From positions 58,218,001 to 58,282,000 of the forward strand of contig OX597816.1 in assembly GCA_951406725.2 (NCBI GenBank): a stretch of DNA of 64,000 nucleotides. The letters run 5' to 3'. Position 1 is the stretch's first letter; each line of letters opens with the position of its first letter. Of the stretch, positions 1 to 14,247 are shown one piece after another. The position numbers and the translations under genes are program-made. Source of the DNA: Octopus vulgaris (taxonomy: Eukaryota). Under the pieces are notes generated by a model. The model did not search any database, was not told where the DNA came from, and saw only the letters and a list, made by a program, of their open reading frames with translations.

Positions 1-140
<140 letters not shown>

Positions 141-361
141 TATATATATATATAAATATGAATTTTTTAAACTTTGATTTTGAAGTTTGGCAAGGTGATG
201 GCTCACTGAAAGTATTGAATAAGCTATCACCAATGAAACTGCAAAGTCACTGTCAACAAATTGTAATTAATATTAGACTCTACACCAGTACTGAGTTCTT
301 TATTCAGTCAATAAATACCTAATTTAAATACCTAATTTTTAGGTATTTAAAACACTCTTCT

Positions 362-428
<67 letters not shown>

Positions 429-692
429 ATGTGTGTGTGTGCGTGTTTGTGTATATATATATATATATTATATTTATATAGTACACCTAGGCACTTTGAA
501 GAATAAATGATAGTATGATTGTATAGCAACTGACAGGTAAATGTTTCAAATCCAAACTCATCTTTTAAATCTTTTCCACCTGTTGATGTGTGATGAAATA
601 ACTTGTAGATTTGATTGCATTTCATCCTTTCAAGGTAGTGTCGTTGATATAATCATGTATACATTTAAATATTCTGCTTAACCAAGGTGTGC

Positions 693-753
<61 letters not shown>

Positions 754-784
754 TATTTATGCATATATATATATATATGTACAT

Positions 785-851
<67 letters not shown>

Positions 852-2491
852 TATGCATGTATGCATATGAATATAATATGTAAATATATTACCATCATCA
901 TCATCATCAATTTAAATCACTCTCCTTGTGGGATAGATCCGCTCACCTTGATGGATCAAGAAGACCTCGTCTCTCTCACATCAATGCAGGATGCCCTTGT
1001 ACACCACTTCAGTCAGTGCTTTAGTACTTTCTCAAGGGTGACTCTTACAAAAAAACTTATTACTTGTACACATTCTCTTTATAAGCCTTTGAATTCTCTC
1101 TGTCCCATGCAACTCTCTTTCTCTGGTTACTGTTAATAGATATGTTCCCTTACTGCACTTTTATCTGTATCCTGCTCTGTTCTATAAGAAATGACCCTAT
1201 TTTCTGCAATATGAAACAGCCTTTTTGTAATAAATATGTATTATTGTTGGTAATATATAGGCAGTGATCTGACAGCGTCCTTAGTTGTTTGGACAAAATG
1301 CTTAGAAGAAGCTGAGTTAAAAACCTGCCAATGTCTACTTTGCCCGTCATCCTTTTAGGGTCCCTTTCCCTCAAAATTGCTAGCTTTCAACCCTGCAAAA
1401 GACCCCTATCCCATTCAGAGGGAATGTTGCGATCTCTGTAACTTACACGCCATGAAAACCGGGTAGCTGGCCCCATGAATCATAGGGTTGAAGAAATACA
1501 AAAAAAAAAAAAAAAAAAAAAAAAGAAAAGGAAAAAATAAAACAACAAATCATTAACTATACATTCAGATTCAGGACAGTTATGTGTATATATAAAGTGA
1601 AGCAATATTGTGAACTTTGCCTACACCAGCATATGGCTGGTACATACTGGTCGTATGAAATGAAAAATATAATTCAGAATGCCAAGAGACAGTAATTTCT
1701 ACAAGTCAGGTTGAATTTTCTGTGGTCATGAGCCAATGCAAAGATGTAACCTTTGGAGAAAGGGTACTGCCAGTGTAGTGTTGCTTGTAGTAGCTATGTT
1801 TGTTTCCATGGTTTTAGGGAGATATATGTAAATACACTTGTAACAGGACATACACATCAATAATACATATATATATATAGATCTCATCTGCATCCTCTGG
1901 GTTCCAGCTCAAAGATCTGTACATATACATATGTATATATATATACATATATACACACACATATGCACACCCATACATCAAGTTTTGTGTGTTCACATAC
2001 ACAAAATAAATTTATGTGTGTGTGTGTGTGTAGAATAAAGCATATTTCTTGTGTACAATTAATTTTATTTCTAGCTATCTAAATATCTACAACTATACAA
2101 AACTGTATTCATATAAATCTGTACAATATACATACACACACATATATATACAAGCATATGTGAGCATAAATGTGTATGTGTATATGTGTGTACAAGCTTT
2201 TATTTTTACATTTACATACACTTTCATAAATATATTAATATATATGCATGTATGTACATACACACAAATATATATATATACATATATATCTATATATGTA
2301 CAAATAAATACACATATATATTTATATGTATATACATATAAACGTGCACACATGTATACATGTATATATGTGTGTGTGTGTGTGTCTGCTGTTTAAAAAA
2401 CTGTTTTAAGATATTTCATGCAATGTATTTTTTTTTCTATTTTCCATTGAAAGCACATTGAGAAATTATGGTTTATCAAAGAACTACAAAG

Positions 2492-2497
2492 TTTATT
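2492..2497 (-). promoter_or_regulatory. Candidate polyadenylation signal AATAAA of the CYP gene
   Basis: TTTATT on the plus strand about 80 nt past the CYP stop. The hexamer is common in this AT-rich DNA. Confidence 0.3.
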
Positions 2498-2574
2498 TTT
2501 GAAATATCAGTTTTTCCCTTGTCTTCCTTTAATTTCTGTTTTTTTTTTTTTCCTTCCAGGAAACTATTCCGATT

Positions 2575-2685
2575 TTACCGTTCAATGAATTGTATTGGAA
2601 AGTTTTTCCCAACAGTGAGAACAGTTCTTAGAAATGGTTCCACTTCAAAGCCATCTTCCACTTTAAGCCGGAAATTTTGACACAA
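2575..2685 (-). CDS. CYP terminal exon: LCQNFRLKVEDGFEVEPFLRTVLTVGKNFPIQFIER*
   Basis: 111 nt, ttccag acceptor, phase 0, TAA stop. C-terminal F-x-x-R ending typical of the clan. Confidence 0.92.
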   Translation of the reverse strand: MCQNFRLKVEDGFEVEPFLRTVLTVGKNFPIQFIER

Positions 2686-3229
2686 CTGGAAAGATATGAA
2701 GAAAACACAATAATAGATTCTATATAGCATAAAAATTGGTTTTTTAATCCTTTAGCATTCAGATTACTTTATCAAAAGTAATGCTTATTTATTTACATTG
2801 TTCTGAATTAATCCTGGATTATCTCAAAAGTTCAAGATATTTGATGACATGTTGGTTTATTTTAAGAATGACATTTTTAGATAGGTGTAAGACGCTAGAT
2901 CTGGCCAGTTGAAACATAAAGCAGGTAGAATAGTCAGGCTTGATATGACTGGCTTGAATGCTAAAGGGTTATGCATTTTAATAAAGGGGATTAAATCATA
3001 TAACATTCCTTGACTAGAGCTAAGTCCCTCTTGGAATAATTTTGAATTCAGATAAGGTGCAAATATGGCTGTGGTTAAGAATTTCATATTGCATCCATGT
3101 GCGTCCAGGCGTATTGTGTAGTAATTTGGGCAACTATAGTTCCAGACAGAGACAAAAAACTGGTGGTACCCACCCAGTCAAACCCACACGTGCATGTATG
3201 CACGTATGGGTGTGTTTATATTGAGGTGC

Positions 3230-3510
3230 AGCGTGACTGGCTCCCTTGCCGGTGGCACGTAAACAGCACCATTCAAGCGTGGTCGTTGCCAGTGCGCCTG
3301 ACTGCCTCCCGTGCCGGTGGCACGTAAAAAGCACCCACTACACTCTCGGAGTGGTTGGCGTTAGGAAGGGCATCCAGCTGTAGAAACATTGCCAGATCAG
3401 ATTGGAGCCTGGTGCAGCCTCCTGGCTCGCCAGTCCTCAGTTAAACCATCCAACCCATGCCAGCATGGAAAGTGGAGGTTAAACGTCGACGACGACGACG
3501 ATGACGAAGA
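3230..3510 (+). mobile_element. Repeat family D (RTE-related SINE or LINE end) with a (GAT/GAC)n tail. Copies at about 8605-8835, 18788-19085, 21240-21440(-), 31565-31745(-), 60870-61060(-)
   Basis: GGCACGTAAAAAGCACCC...GGCGTTAGGAAGGGCATCCAGC...CCATGCCAGCATGG hairpin...GTTAAACGATGATG. Confidence 0.8.
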
Positions 3511-3865
3511 CAAGCATCGCCGTTGCACAAAAGGTATTCTTCACTCCCAATCTCCCTTTGAAGCATGTCTGGCTTTGGAGAAATAATACCTTGCATGGAA
3601 ACAGGTGAAGGTCAGTGACGGGAATGGCATCCGGTTTCCACGAATCTTGTAATGCAAGAAGGGAATATAGCGTTAGATGATGACGACGATGATGAGAGTA
3701 AAGAGATGTCACTAAATCCATCAAGGCATCTTAAGCATCATTCAGTTGGTCCTGCTAATTTAGTAGACGAGCAGAGATTTTGGCATGCAGTTTCTTTATA
3801 AGTCCAAGGATTAACGAAAGCAAGTTTAAAGTAAAAGAGAAACAATGAATGATCTGTAGACTTAC

Positions 3866-3909
3866 ATGTGTTATTGCAAGGTAAAGCTCAAGTTCAGCAA
3901 TTCGTCGAC
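3866..3909 (-). CDS. CYP micro-exon: (G)RRIAELELYLAITH
   Basis: 44 nt, cag/gtaag, phase 1 to 0. GRRIAELE follows the heme Cys in mito-clan CYPs. Confidence 0.95.
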
Positions 3910-4691
3910 CTGAAATCAAAGAGAAACCATGTTTGATATGTATATATTCATACATAAATACACACAGACACATGAAAATAACTTTTCCCCAATTCGTCCC
4001 TCGTCTCAGATGTTGAATCTCACAGAGATGGCAAAGGACCAAGGTGATTGGTGATTCACTGTACATGGGAAGACCAGTCCAGCTAAGTAAAATCGAGGCC
4101 ACGAATGCTTGTCTTTTAGGTCCATGCCTCTGCCCACCATCTGTCCTTGAAAAAACCCTCCCCCGTAACCCATCCTCCTCCCCTTCCACCACTCGACTTC
4201 ATCACATACTCTATTTCTCTCCTTTTGCTCTCTCACAAACCCACCTTCACAATCTGTCCCTTTCGAATCTCTTCCCCACAACATATGCCCCTAACAACCC
4301 CTCCTTCTACCTGTGTTCACACACACAATTCCTTACTCTCCAATCCATCATCATATATACATAAATACGCACACACACACACACACGTATACACACATTA
4401 AACAGAAGTTTTAATCAAACTTTATTGCAAATTTTATTCCCTTGTTATTTATTTACGCCCTATTCTGGGGTAACCCGCGCCCCGCCGTGAGAAGCATTGG
4501 ACTAAAACCTCTCTAAGATGTCGTCCCAGCATGCCATAGTCCAATGACTGAAACAAGTACAACACAAATAGAAAACAAACAACTGTATCAGTATATGCTT
4601 GTTAGAGGGATAATGTACTGAAAACGAACGTAAAAGCTACAGAAATTCATTCTCTGTGACGCATTTAAGCACATTAAGTTTTGATACTCAC

Positions 4692-4848
4692 CGATGCAAC
4701 TCCGGGAGCCGTGTCCAAACGGAATTACTGCAAAAGGATGGAATTTGCGGGTGTCACTGCGAAACCATCTCTCAGGGATGAATTCATTAGCATTGGGGAA
4801 ATTCCTTTCATCACGTGACATTGCGTAATTGTTGATCATGAGACAGGT
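4692..4848 (-). CDS. CYP exon with PERF-like and heme motifs: TCLMINNYAMSRDERNFPNANEFIPERWFRSDTRKFHPFAVIPFGHGSRSCI(G)
   Basis: 157 nt, cag/gtgag, phase 0 to 1. PERW and FxxGxRxCxG heme-thiolate signature. Confidence 0.97.
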
Positions 4849-4959
4849 CTGTTTGAAAGAAATGAAAGATGATTCGATAAATGTCTGTCTATACACATAA
4901 ATAGATAGAGATATAGATACGTACGTACGTACCTACCTACCAAAATACATGCATCACAT

Positions 4960-5600
4960 CACACTTTGAAGGCTGTGCGTTTGCAATCTAGGAACAGGAA
5001 ATTATCATAAAGCACCTGGTGAACAAGAGATACAGTGACGCTCTTGTAATCTCAAGGTGCAACCCGCATGTGTAGGCTATGTCATGTTTCTGTAGAAGAC
5101 ATCACACATACGATTAGCAGCTGTCCTAAAATGTCGTCACGGTACTACTTCCCGATGCGGAACGATGTTGTTGCTAAAACAATTTACAATGCCATCCGCA
5201 AAAGAAGACGGTCCTCCTCTGTTATGGAATATTCCCATCAAAACCTCTGTCAAATGTAAACACAACAGGCCAGATATTGTTGTGTGGGACAGAGGGTCAA
5301 AGGTATGTACCATCATAGAAGTCAGCTGCCTTGCAGATATAAATATCTCTTTGAAAATAAAATAAAAGGAGAATATCCATGGACAACTGCTTCGAAACTT
5401 CCAGCTTCTATACCAGACTATGAATTCATATTCATATCAATAATAATTGGAGCACTAGGTTTTGTTAGAAAAAAGCTTAAAGGAGAACCTGGATAAACTG
5501 GGATTTTCAGAAAGAGAAATTGACCGGCTGATTCGTACATTACACGTGCAATCTGTGAGTGGAACAATAAAAATATGCAAAACTTTTCCAAAGTTCCAAA
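4960..5600 (+). mobile_element. Decayed RLE-type non-LTR retrotransposon 3' fragment (different family)
   Basis: CRLC...HTISSC zinc knuckle, RND (RHD-like), HNRPDIVVWD...IIEVSC, IIIGALG. Related pieces at about 25690-25870 (+) and 57590-57680 (-). Confidence 0.8.
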
Positions 5601-6905
5601 TGTGAATTTGCCTGTATTAACTGCATCCCAAAGATGGATCCTTGTATCTTTCTTTGTTGGAAACCAGCTCCCCACTCAGTGGATGATTTATAATAGTTAA
5701 AAAATAGAAGAAACAAACATAAATGATGGCTGCAATTCCATTTCAAGAAATGCCTTCGTTTGGTTGTTCTTTTAGAGCAACTCAGATATGGCCTTTCAGT
5801 TCTGTAAGAGGCCTACACTCTTTTTGCACAAATGTGACGACGATGGGTGTCTTTTGAAGCTGGTGTTTAAGAGAGTTTACCGCCCACGCTGACACCTACG
5901 CTCATTCCACCATGGAATATTTCATTGAGCGTTTTATTTCTCTACAACCAGTCATTGTTTGCAACAGACGCCTGTGCATGAAGCTTTTTAAAGTGAAGAA
6001 AGGCCTCTGTACAGGGCCAATCCCACTCACTAAACAACGAATACATTTGCCCAAAAGGAAGAACTAACCTGTATCAATGAGTGCAAACGAAGTAGCAGGC
6101 GTTACAAAGTTTTCCTTCTACAAGAGGGAAGAACGTCTAAACGAAAAATGTTAGGTGACCGTTGACACTACTGAGTTCATTGGCCCATCGATAGGTTTTG
6201 CTTTTTGCCCTGCACGATGTCCAACAACTTTGGTTGCAGGTTTAGTCGCCAACGGCCCGACCATGAGACAGGCTGTACTGGGCTACATGTTAACTATAGC
6301 ACTAACAATGACCTGACATACATTTGTGGATTAAAGTAACATTAGCGAAAGTTTATTCATACATTTACAAACACATTTGCACGCAATCTATCCAATTGTC
6401 GCTTGCACAAAACCCAAGAGCTGTCACTTTGTTAGTGTCTGGTTTGAAATCGGCAAAGGAAAACATTAAATATATCCTAAATCGTTATCACACACGCGCG
6501 CGCCTATGTATTTAAATGGAACATATATTTACTTATCTAAATGTACAACGAAATCCTGAGATTGGTTTCTCGTTTGAAGGGAAACTAATAGAAACATACC
6601 TATGTGCAGAGCATGATTGATGTATATGTGTGTGTGTGTGTGTGTGTAGCTTAACTCCCGCTTGTTTCAGTCATTAGTCTGCGGCCATGCTGGGGCATCG
6701 CCTTGAAGAACTTTTAGTCGAATAAATCGATCTTAGTACATTTTTTAAAGCCTGGTACTTATTCTATCGGTCTTTTATGCCGAACCTCTAAGTTACGGGG
6801 GCGTAAACGAATCAACATCAATTGCCAAGTTGTGATATCGGGCTTCTTTCAGTTTCCGTCTGCCGAATTCACTCACAAGGCTTTGATTTGCCTAGGGCTG
6901 TAGTA

Positions 6906-8154
6906 TCAAGTCATCCCATAAGTTCTGTCTGATTTTACATTTTTTAAAATTGAATGAAACTTAATAGTATTTTAGAATGTCTAATGGAATTTAAAATTAT
7001 TTTTGTGCATTTGTGTACATTTAAACTAATTAAATATTATTTTACAGAATGATAGAATTAAAATTTCTTTGGACATGGAAGTATCCAAAGAGCAAGCGCA
7101 AAAAAGGAAACTCTGCAGCCGAAGCAACTCGAAACATAGACTCAATTTATGGAAAAGAATGCTTGAACGAAAGAATTTGCAGAAGATGGTTTGCAAAATT
7201 CAGAAGTGGGGATTTCAGCCTTGAAGATGAAGATCGAACAGAACGTCCAGTTGAGTTTGATGATAAGCTCCTTGAGGCATTACTTGAAGAAAATCCTGCA
7301 TTATCAGTTGAAGAATTGACAGTAAATCTTAGTACAAACCATACAACTGTTCATCGTCATCTTCAACAACTTGGAAAGTTTCCTAAAGTTAGAAAATAAA
7401 TGCCTCATGAATTGTCCGAAAGCAACCGCAAATCCTGAATTGACATCTGCTCTTCTCTCCATTCTCGCGAACTCATTTCACCCGTTTTGGTTAGACTTGT
7501 GACTGATGATGAAAAATGGATCTTCTATTGAAATGTTAAACGTCGTAAACAGTCGCTTGGTAAAAGGGAAAAGGCTCAACCACAACCGAGAAGGGAACTT
7601 AATGGGAAAAAGGTTCTTCTCTCTATCTGGTGGGATTGGAAAGGAGTAATTCACTTTGAGTTGCTACCACATAATGCAACAATCAATGCTCAAATCTACT
7701 GTCAGTAATTAGAGCGTTTGAACCAAGCTTTGAAGAAAAAAACCCCGCTTAAATGAATCGAAGTAGAGTGATGTTTAATCAGGACAATGTGCGACCCGAC
7801 ACTGCAAAGACCACATCACAGAAGAACAAAGAGCTTGGTTGGGAAAAAATTCCTCATCCACCTTATTCTCTCGACCTTGCTCCTTCAGACTGCCATTTGT
7901 TTCGTAGTTTACAGAATCATCTGGGGGACATAACTTTCGCAAGTCAGGAGGAGGTCGAAACTGACATTTCAGAGTTCTTCGCTTTGAAACCAAAAAAGTT
8001 TTATATTGATGGGATTAAAAAGCTTGTAAATAGATGGAAGGAAGTCATAGATAATCAGGGAAAGTACATTGATGATTAAATTTCAATTAAATATAACATT
8101 TGATCACTTGTTTTCCTTATTCAAAATCCGGACAGAACTTATGGGATAACCTGA
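6906..8154 (+). mobile_element. Full-length decayed mariner (D,D34D-type) transposon inserted into a SINE
   Basis: About 30-bp imperfect TIRs (TCAAGTCATCCCATAAGTTCTGTC / GACAGAACTTATGGGATAACCTGA) and TA duplication at 6904-5 and 8155-6. Transposase fragments (CRRWFAKFRSGDFSLED, VTDDEKW, QDNVRP, HPPYSLDLAPSDCHLF) carry stops and frameshifts. The flanks rejoin into a family-A SINE. Confidence 0.95.
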
Positions 8155-8914
8155 TAGAAGCACTTGTCCAAGGTGACATGCAGTGTGATTGGACCCGGAA
8201 CCGTGTGGTTGGTAAGCACACTTCTTATCACACAGCCACAAGCGTAGAAATTGTTACATATGCGTGTAGAATATGCTTGTATGCATTGATCTTGGAACAA
8301 CGGTGTGAATTAAACATTGGTGGTGTATTTCTGTTGTTCATTTTCAATTACGAGTACACCACACTCGACAATATTCCGTGCACTGACAACGCGTGCGTAG
8401 ATTCGGGACTACAGAAAATATTCCCACAAGATGCCATGCAGTAAGACCGAACCTAGGTCCACGTGGATGCGAAGAGAGTTTCTTTACTGCTCGGTCATAC
8501 TGCACCAATACACAAACACGCAGCGTTACACTTTTCCCTTTAATCAATGATTGGCGATATAGATTGATTGGTAATCTGTGTGTAGAGTATATAATACATC
8601 TCTTGTGCCGGTGGCACGTAAAACGCACCATTCAAGCGTGGTCGATTCCAGTTCCGCCTGACTGGTTCCCTCATTACAGTCTTGGAGTGATTGGTGTTAG
8701 GAAGGAGATCCAGTTGTAGAAACATTGGCAGATCAGATTGGAGCTCGGTGTAGCCTTCTGGCTCACCAGCCCCCAGTCAAACCATTCAACCCATGCCAGC
8801 ATGGAAAGTGGATGTTAAACGATAATGGTGATGATAATATATATATATACAGGCATGTTTCTTTTTATGTCCAATTATAATAAAATAATTTTATATTAAT
8901 CTGATGGGTTAATA

Positions 8915-9312
8915 GGCGCAGGAGTGGCTGTGTGGTAAGTAACTTGCTAACCAACCACATGGTTCCGGGTTCAGTCCCACTGCGTGGCATCTTGGGCAAG
9001 TGTCTTCTGCTATAGCCACGGGCCGACCAATGCCTTGTGAGTGGATTTGGTAGACGGAAACTGAAAGAAGCCCGTCGTATATATGTATATATATATATAT
9101 GTATGTGTATGTTTGTGTGTTTGTGTTTGTTCCCCTAGCATTGCTTGACAACCGATGCTGGTGTGTTTACGTCCCCGTCACTTAGCGGTTCGGCAAAAGA
9201 GACTGATAGAATAAGTACTGGGCTTACAAAGAATAAGTCCCGGGGTCGATTTGCTCAACTAAAGGCGGTGCTCCAGCATGGCCGCAGTCAAATGACTGAA
9301 ATAAATAAAAGA
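8915..9312 (+). mobile_element. tRNA-derived SINE family A, full-length representative. Many copies, e.g. 12690-13083(-), 19835-20215(-), 27045-27388(-), 31135-31545(+), 34597-35010(+), 39290-39687(-), 46110-46880(+), 54526-54935(+), 59285-59900(-)
   Basis: GGCGCAGGAGTGGCTGTGTGGTAAG (A-box-like) ... GGTTCAGTCCC (B-box-like), central (TA)n(TG)n, 3' end ...ATGACTGAAACAAGTAAAAGAG. Repeated throughout the window. Confidence 0.9.
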
Positions 9313-9875
9313 GAGTACTCTATACATTTGTAGAGTACAAATTTATTATTCTTAAACAAGAATATTATTGACAGTGACTTCGAAGTTTCAAACAATATGC
9401 GCGTGTGTTTGTTTACTGAATTTCTGTCAGAAGACTCAGGTCGACTGGAGGCTTTGGTAGGAATATCCCTTGGCCAAGGTTACACGCCGTGAGATCGAAC
9501 CAGGGATCACGTAGTTACCAAGCAAACTTCTTAACTACACAGCCATGCCTGCCTGAGTTCCTCTCATCATAGTAGATAAACGTAGTAGAAAATATTGCCA
9601 AACTGTCGTTCTTTGAAGAATCGTGAAAGAAGTAGCGAATAAATAAATAAACAAAGTCTCGAAACAGTAGGGAGAAAGAAAAAGAAAATAAATTCTAATG
9701 GCTGAAAGAAGATAAGGCTGAAGTGAAGGATAAAAGAAGAGATAAAGACGAAGTCGAATAAAGACACGTAAAAAAAGAAAAAGAAAAAAGGGAAAGAGGC
9801 TGACCTAGTTTTTTTATGTTGCAAGATTGTTCTTCATACGATGTATTTAGTGTGTGTGTGTGTGTGTTAACTTAC

Positions 9876-9954
9876 CCCCTTTGGTATGTGGTAGCCATCT
9901 AATACAATATCTTCTGTGGTAATTCTGGCTCCGATCGGGATAACTGGATAAAGT
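9876..9954 (-). CDS. CYP exon: LYPVIPIGARITTEDIVLDGYHIPKG
   Basis: 79 nt, cag/gtaag, phase 2 to 0. Completes ESMRLYP and has GYxIPKG. Confidence 0.96.
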
Positions 9955-10003
9955 CTGCAACAACGACAACACAAATATCATTGAACAGGTTTAAGTAAAT
10001 GGC

Positions 10004-10043
<40 letters not shown>

Positions 10044-11070
10044 GCAAAAATGGGTTTAAGTTTTGGCACATGGCCAGAAATTTTAGGGGAAGTGTAGAGT
10101 CAATTTCCTCGACCCCAGTGTTTCACTGGTACGTAATTTATCGACCTCGAAAGGATGAAACGCAAAGTCGAACCCGGCGGAATTTGATCTCACAACGCAA
10201 GGAACGTTAAGCATTTTCACCGACAATAAAGATTCTGTCAACTCGCCACCCTAACAACAACAACGCCAGTAGTTTTGAGGGGATGGGGTTTATCGACCCG
10301 GGAGGGATGGAGGATAAAGCTGATATCCGCTGGATTTGATCTCAGGACGTAAAGAGTCAATAACAACAGCAACAACATCAACAATAGTTTCAAATTTTGC
10401 ACAAGGTGCAGGAGTGGCTGTGTGGTAAGTAGTTTGCTCACCAGCCACATAGTTCCGGGTTCAGTCCCACTGCGTGGCACCTTGGGCAATTGTCTTCTAC
10501 TATAGCCTCGGGCCGACCAGAGCCTTGTTTGTCCCCCCACCAACATCGCTTGACAACCGATGCTGATGCGTTTGCGTCCCCGTAACTTACCGATTCGACA
10601 AAAAAGACTGATAGAATAAGTCCCGGGGTCGATTTTCTCGACTAAAGGCGGTGCTCCAGCATGTGTGCAGTCAAATGACTGAAACAAGTAAAAGAATAAA
10701 AGAAAAAAAGGGCCAGTAATATCAGGGGTGGAGTGGGGGTGGGGGTAAGTTGAATACGTCGATGCTTGTGTTGAAATGAAGGTGCGTTTTCACATCGGAT
10801 GGCTTTCCTGACCTGCAGGACCTAGCTCATCTGGTCAGATGTTTCTTGAGACGGCGACCAGGCGATAAGCACACACCACTGAAGCTACTGTATTAGCAAC
10901 TTCTGACCGACTTTTGTTGCTGAACGGTTCCGAGAGGTGACCGCTTAATTTGACCACCAAACTGATGCCGCTATACATTGTGGATATCCAGAGAGTTTAA
11001 AGATCGGACAACAAGCATCAACAACACACTAGAAGCACTAGAAGCACGTGAGCCCAAGAACAAACTGTAG

Positions 11071-11330
11071 GTGACCAATATGATCTGTAAATTTGACCAT
11101 AAAACTGAAAGTTGTAACCTTCAGAATACTAATTGCTACACTGGACAGACTGGTACGACATTTTCACGTAGACTCACCATGCACTTGCAACATTACGCCA
11201 CAAATCACAATACGAATTTGATAGGAAAATGCTGGACGAGAATGCTTATATACTTTATAAAAATCCATACAAAAATAGAAGATTATGGAAACCATATTTA
11301 TATCGCAATATAATGTCAAAATAAAACACA
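11071..11330 (+). mobile_element. Penelope-like element GIY-YIG endonuclease remnant
   Basis: TNMICKF...C...CYTGQTGTTFSRRLTMHLQ resembles the PLE pattern (V)VY.F.C...C...YIG.T...L.RRL..H. Confidence 0.65.
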
Positions 11331-12892
11331 TGTCAAAAAGTTAACAAGCGTTAACAGGTGTGGCCGCCACTTGGTTTCGGGTTCAATCTCCACTACGTGG
11401 CAAGTGTCTTCTACTATAGCCTCGGGCCGATCAAAGCATTGTGAGTGTATTTGGTAAACGGAAACTGAAAGAAGCCCGTCGTATATGTTTGTGTGCCTGT
11501 GTTTGTCTCTCTCTCATCGCTTGAAACCGATGTTGGTGTGTTTACATCCCCGTAACTTAGCGGTTCGACAAAAGTTTCCGATAGAATAAGTACTAGGTTC
11601 ACAACGAATAAGTCCTGGGGTTGATTTGTTCGACTAAAAGGCGGTGCTCCAGCACGGCCGCAGTCAGCTGACTGAAACAAGTATGTATGTGTATGTGTGT
11701 GAGATCGTATGTATGTTTGCGTTCATTTGCTTTTTAAGTGTAACTTTGGTCATTGGTTTGCTCCCCACCACCAATCAACACTACCACCACTCCGCCACCT
11801 GCCGGTCGAGGTATTTGGGAAGAAGGATGATAAAAAGTAAAAACAAATAGAATTTTAAAAAAAAACCCTAAAGTATTGAAATAATTAGCATTAGAATTTC
11901 ATAGACTCAGTAAAAAAAAAATTTTGAAGAGAAAAGAAAAAGTAAAGAAAAAGAGAGAGAGGGAGAAAGTAACGTTGTCTGATAGAGGCATCAAGTTCAA
12001 AGAGAAAGGATTGGAAGACTTAAGCGGTGAATCCAGTTCCAATGAGTGATGAGTGACTGCTCCAGCTGTCTGTAGTCTCAAGATTCGGGTCAGTGCCTTT
12101 TCGTAGAACATTCACCAGTTCTCCGCCAAAATGGTATTTTAATCATATTTCTATTCTTACAAGCTTCAGTATATAATTCACTGACAGCGCAGTAAAAGAA
12201 GTTCTAGAAGTGGGCGGTGTAGCCCTCTGGGAGGCAGAATAATTACTTACGAAAAGGAGGTGGCGAGGGGACTGGCAGGGTGGGCTGTAGAGGTTGGTAC
12301 GTCAATAAGCAAGGTTATTTTTCATGTTGTTATCGTTTTCGTTTTTTGTTTTAAGGATGTGCCTGCTACGAGAACTGTGGAATGGAGAAAGTGTTGAAAG
12401 AAGTGTTTTCTTAGACCTACCAAAACTGAGAGTGAAACACGGTGCCTCCTTTCATTTAGCATTGAAGAATTACATGTGTTGGTAGCTTAAACAGGAACCT
12501 GGACAGAATTGGTTGTTAGTGAACGGGGGGTGGGGGTGGGGGGTTAGAGGCCATGGTTGTCGTTCAGCAGCAGACTTATGTGTTAAAAAAAAAATCCATG
12601 CATGACCATCCCGTGACTTATTTTCGACATAGTGTATCTAGGAATACGTCACTCAATGTATCTTGAACCCTTTTGTTACTCTATTTACTCTTTTACTTGT
12701 TTCAGTCCTTTGACTGTGGCCATACTGGAGCACCGCCTTTGGTCGAGCAAATCGACCCCGGGACTTATTCTTTGTAAGCCCAGTACTTATTCTATCGGTC
12801 TCTTTTGCCGAACCGCTAAGTGACGGGGACGTAAACACACCAGCATCGGTTGTTAAGCAATGCTAGGGAGACAAACACAGACAAACACATAT

Positions 12893-12929
<37 letters not shown>

Positions 12930-13992
12930 TACCACAGGCTTCTTTCAGTTTCCGTCTACCAAATCCACTCACAAGGCATTGGTCGGCCCGGGGCTATAGC
13001 CGAAGACACTTGCCCAAGATGCCACGCAGTGGGACTGAACCCGGAACCATGTGGTTGGTTAGCAAGCTACTTACCACACAGCCAAATACACTTTGGTTTT
13101 TATTAATTTCGAAAGTAATACTCTTTTACTAGTTTCAGTTATTTAACTGCGGTCATGCTGGAGCACCGCCTTTAGTTGAACAAATCGATCCTAGGACTTA
13201 TTCTTAGTAAGCCTAGTACTTATTCTATCGGTCTCTTTTGCCGAACCGCTAATTACGGGGACGTGAACACACCGACATCGGAGACCTGGCGTTAGCACGC
13301 CGGGCGAAATGTTTAGCGTAATTTTACGTTCATTACATTCTGAGTTCAAATTCCGTTGAGGTCAGCTTTGCCTTTCATCCTTTCAGGGTCGATAAATTAA
13401 GAACCAGTTGCGTATTGGGGTCGATCTAATCGACTGGCCTTCCCCACCACCGAAATTTTACCTCTCCGTAACCTAGCGGTTCGACAAAGAGACCGATAGA
13501 ATAAGTGCTAGGCTTACAAAGAATAAGTCCTGGACTCGATTAATTCGACAAAAGGCAGTGCTCCAGCATGGTCGCAGTCAAATGGCTGAAACAAGTAAAA
13601 GAATAGAGAATATATGTATGCATCTTTTTACCCGTTTTAGTCATTAGATTGTGTCCATGCAGTTTATTCTATCGACGTCTAGCGGAATCGCGCTGTTACA
13701 AGAACGCAAACAAAACAAAAACAGTTGTGAAAAAGTGCGAAACGGGGGACAAACGCAAACATATATACAATAGGCTTCCACACAGTTTTCGTCGACCAAA
13801 TTCACTCGTAGGGCATTTGTGTACCGTATAGTGGGACTGAACACCAAACCACATGGTTACAAACTGAACTTCATGACCACACATACACATCTGTCTATGT
13901 ATCTATCTAGCTGTCTGTCTGTCTCTATCTATCTATCTATCTATCTTGTATTTCTGCATCTATCTATCTATCTATCTATCTTGTATTTCTGC

Positions 13993-14062
<70 letters not shown>

Positions 14063-14114
14063 TATGCATGTCTGCATCGATCTATCTATCTGTCTATCCA
14101 TCTTGTATGTCTGC

Positions 14115-14161
<47 letters not shown>

Positions 14162-14173
14162 CTGTATGTCTGC

Positions 14174-14247
<74 letters not shown>

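Noticed and set aside
5700-6300. Non-repetitive, moderately GC-rich block inside a CYP intron
   Set aside because: No sustained ORF or motif that I can recognise in the frames examined.
8909-9333. Recurrent ORFs such as ASFSFRLPNPLTRLWSARGYSRRHLPK and TCPRCHAVGLNPEPCGW
   Set aside because: Translations of the non-coding family-A SINE.
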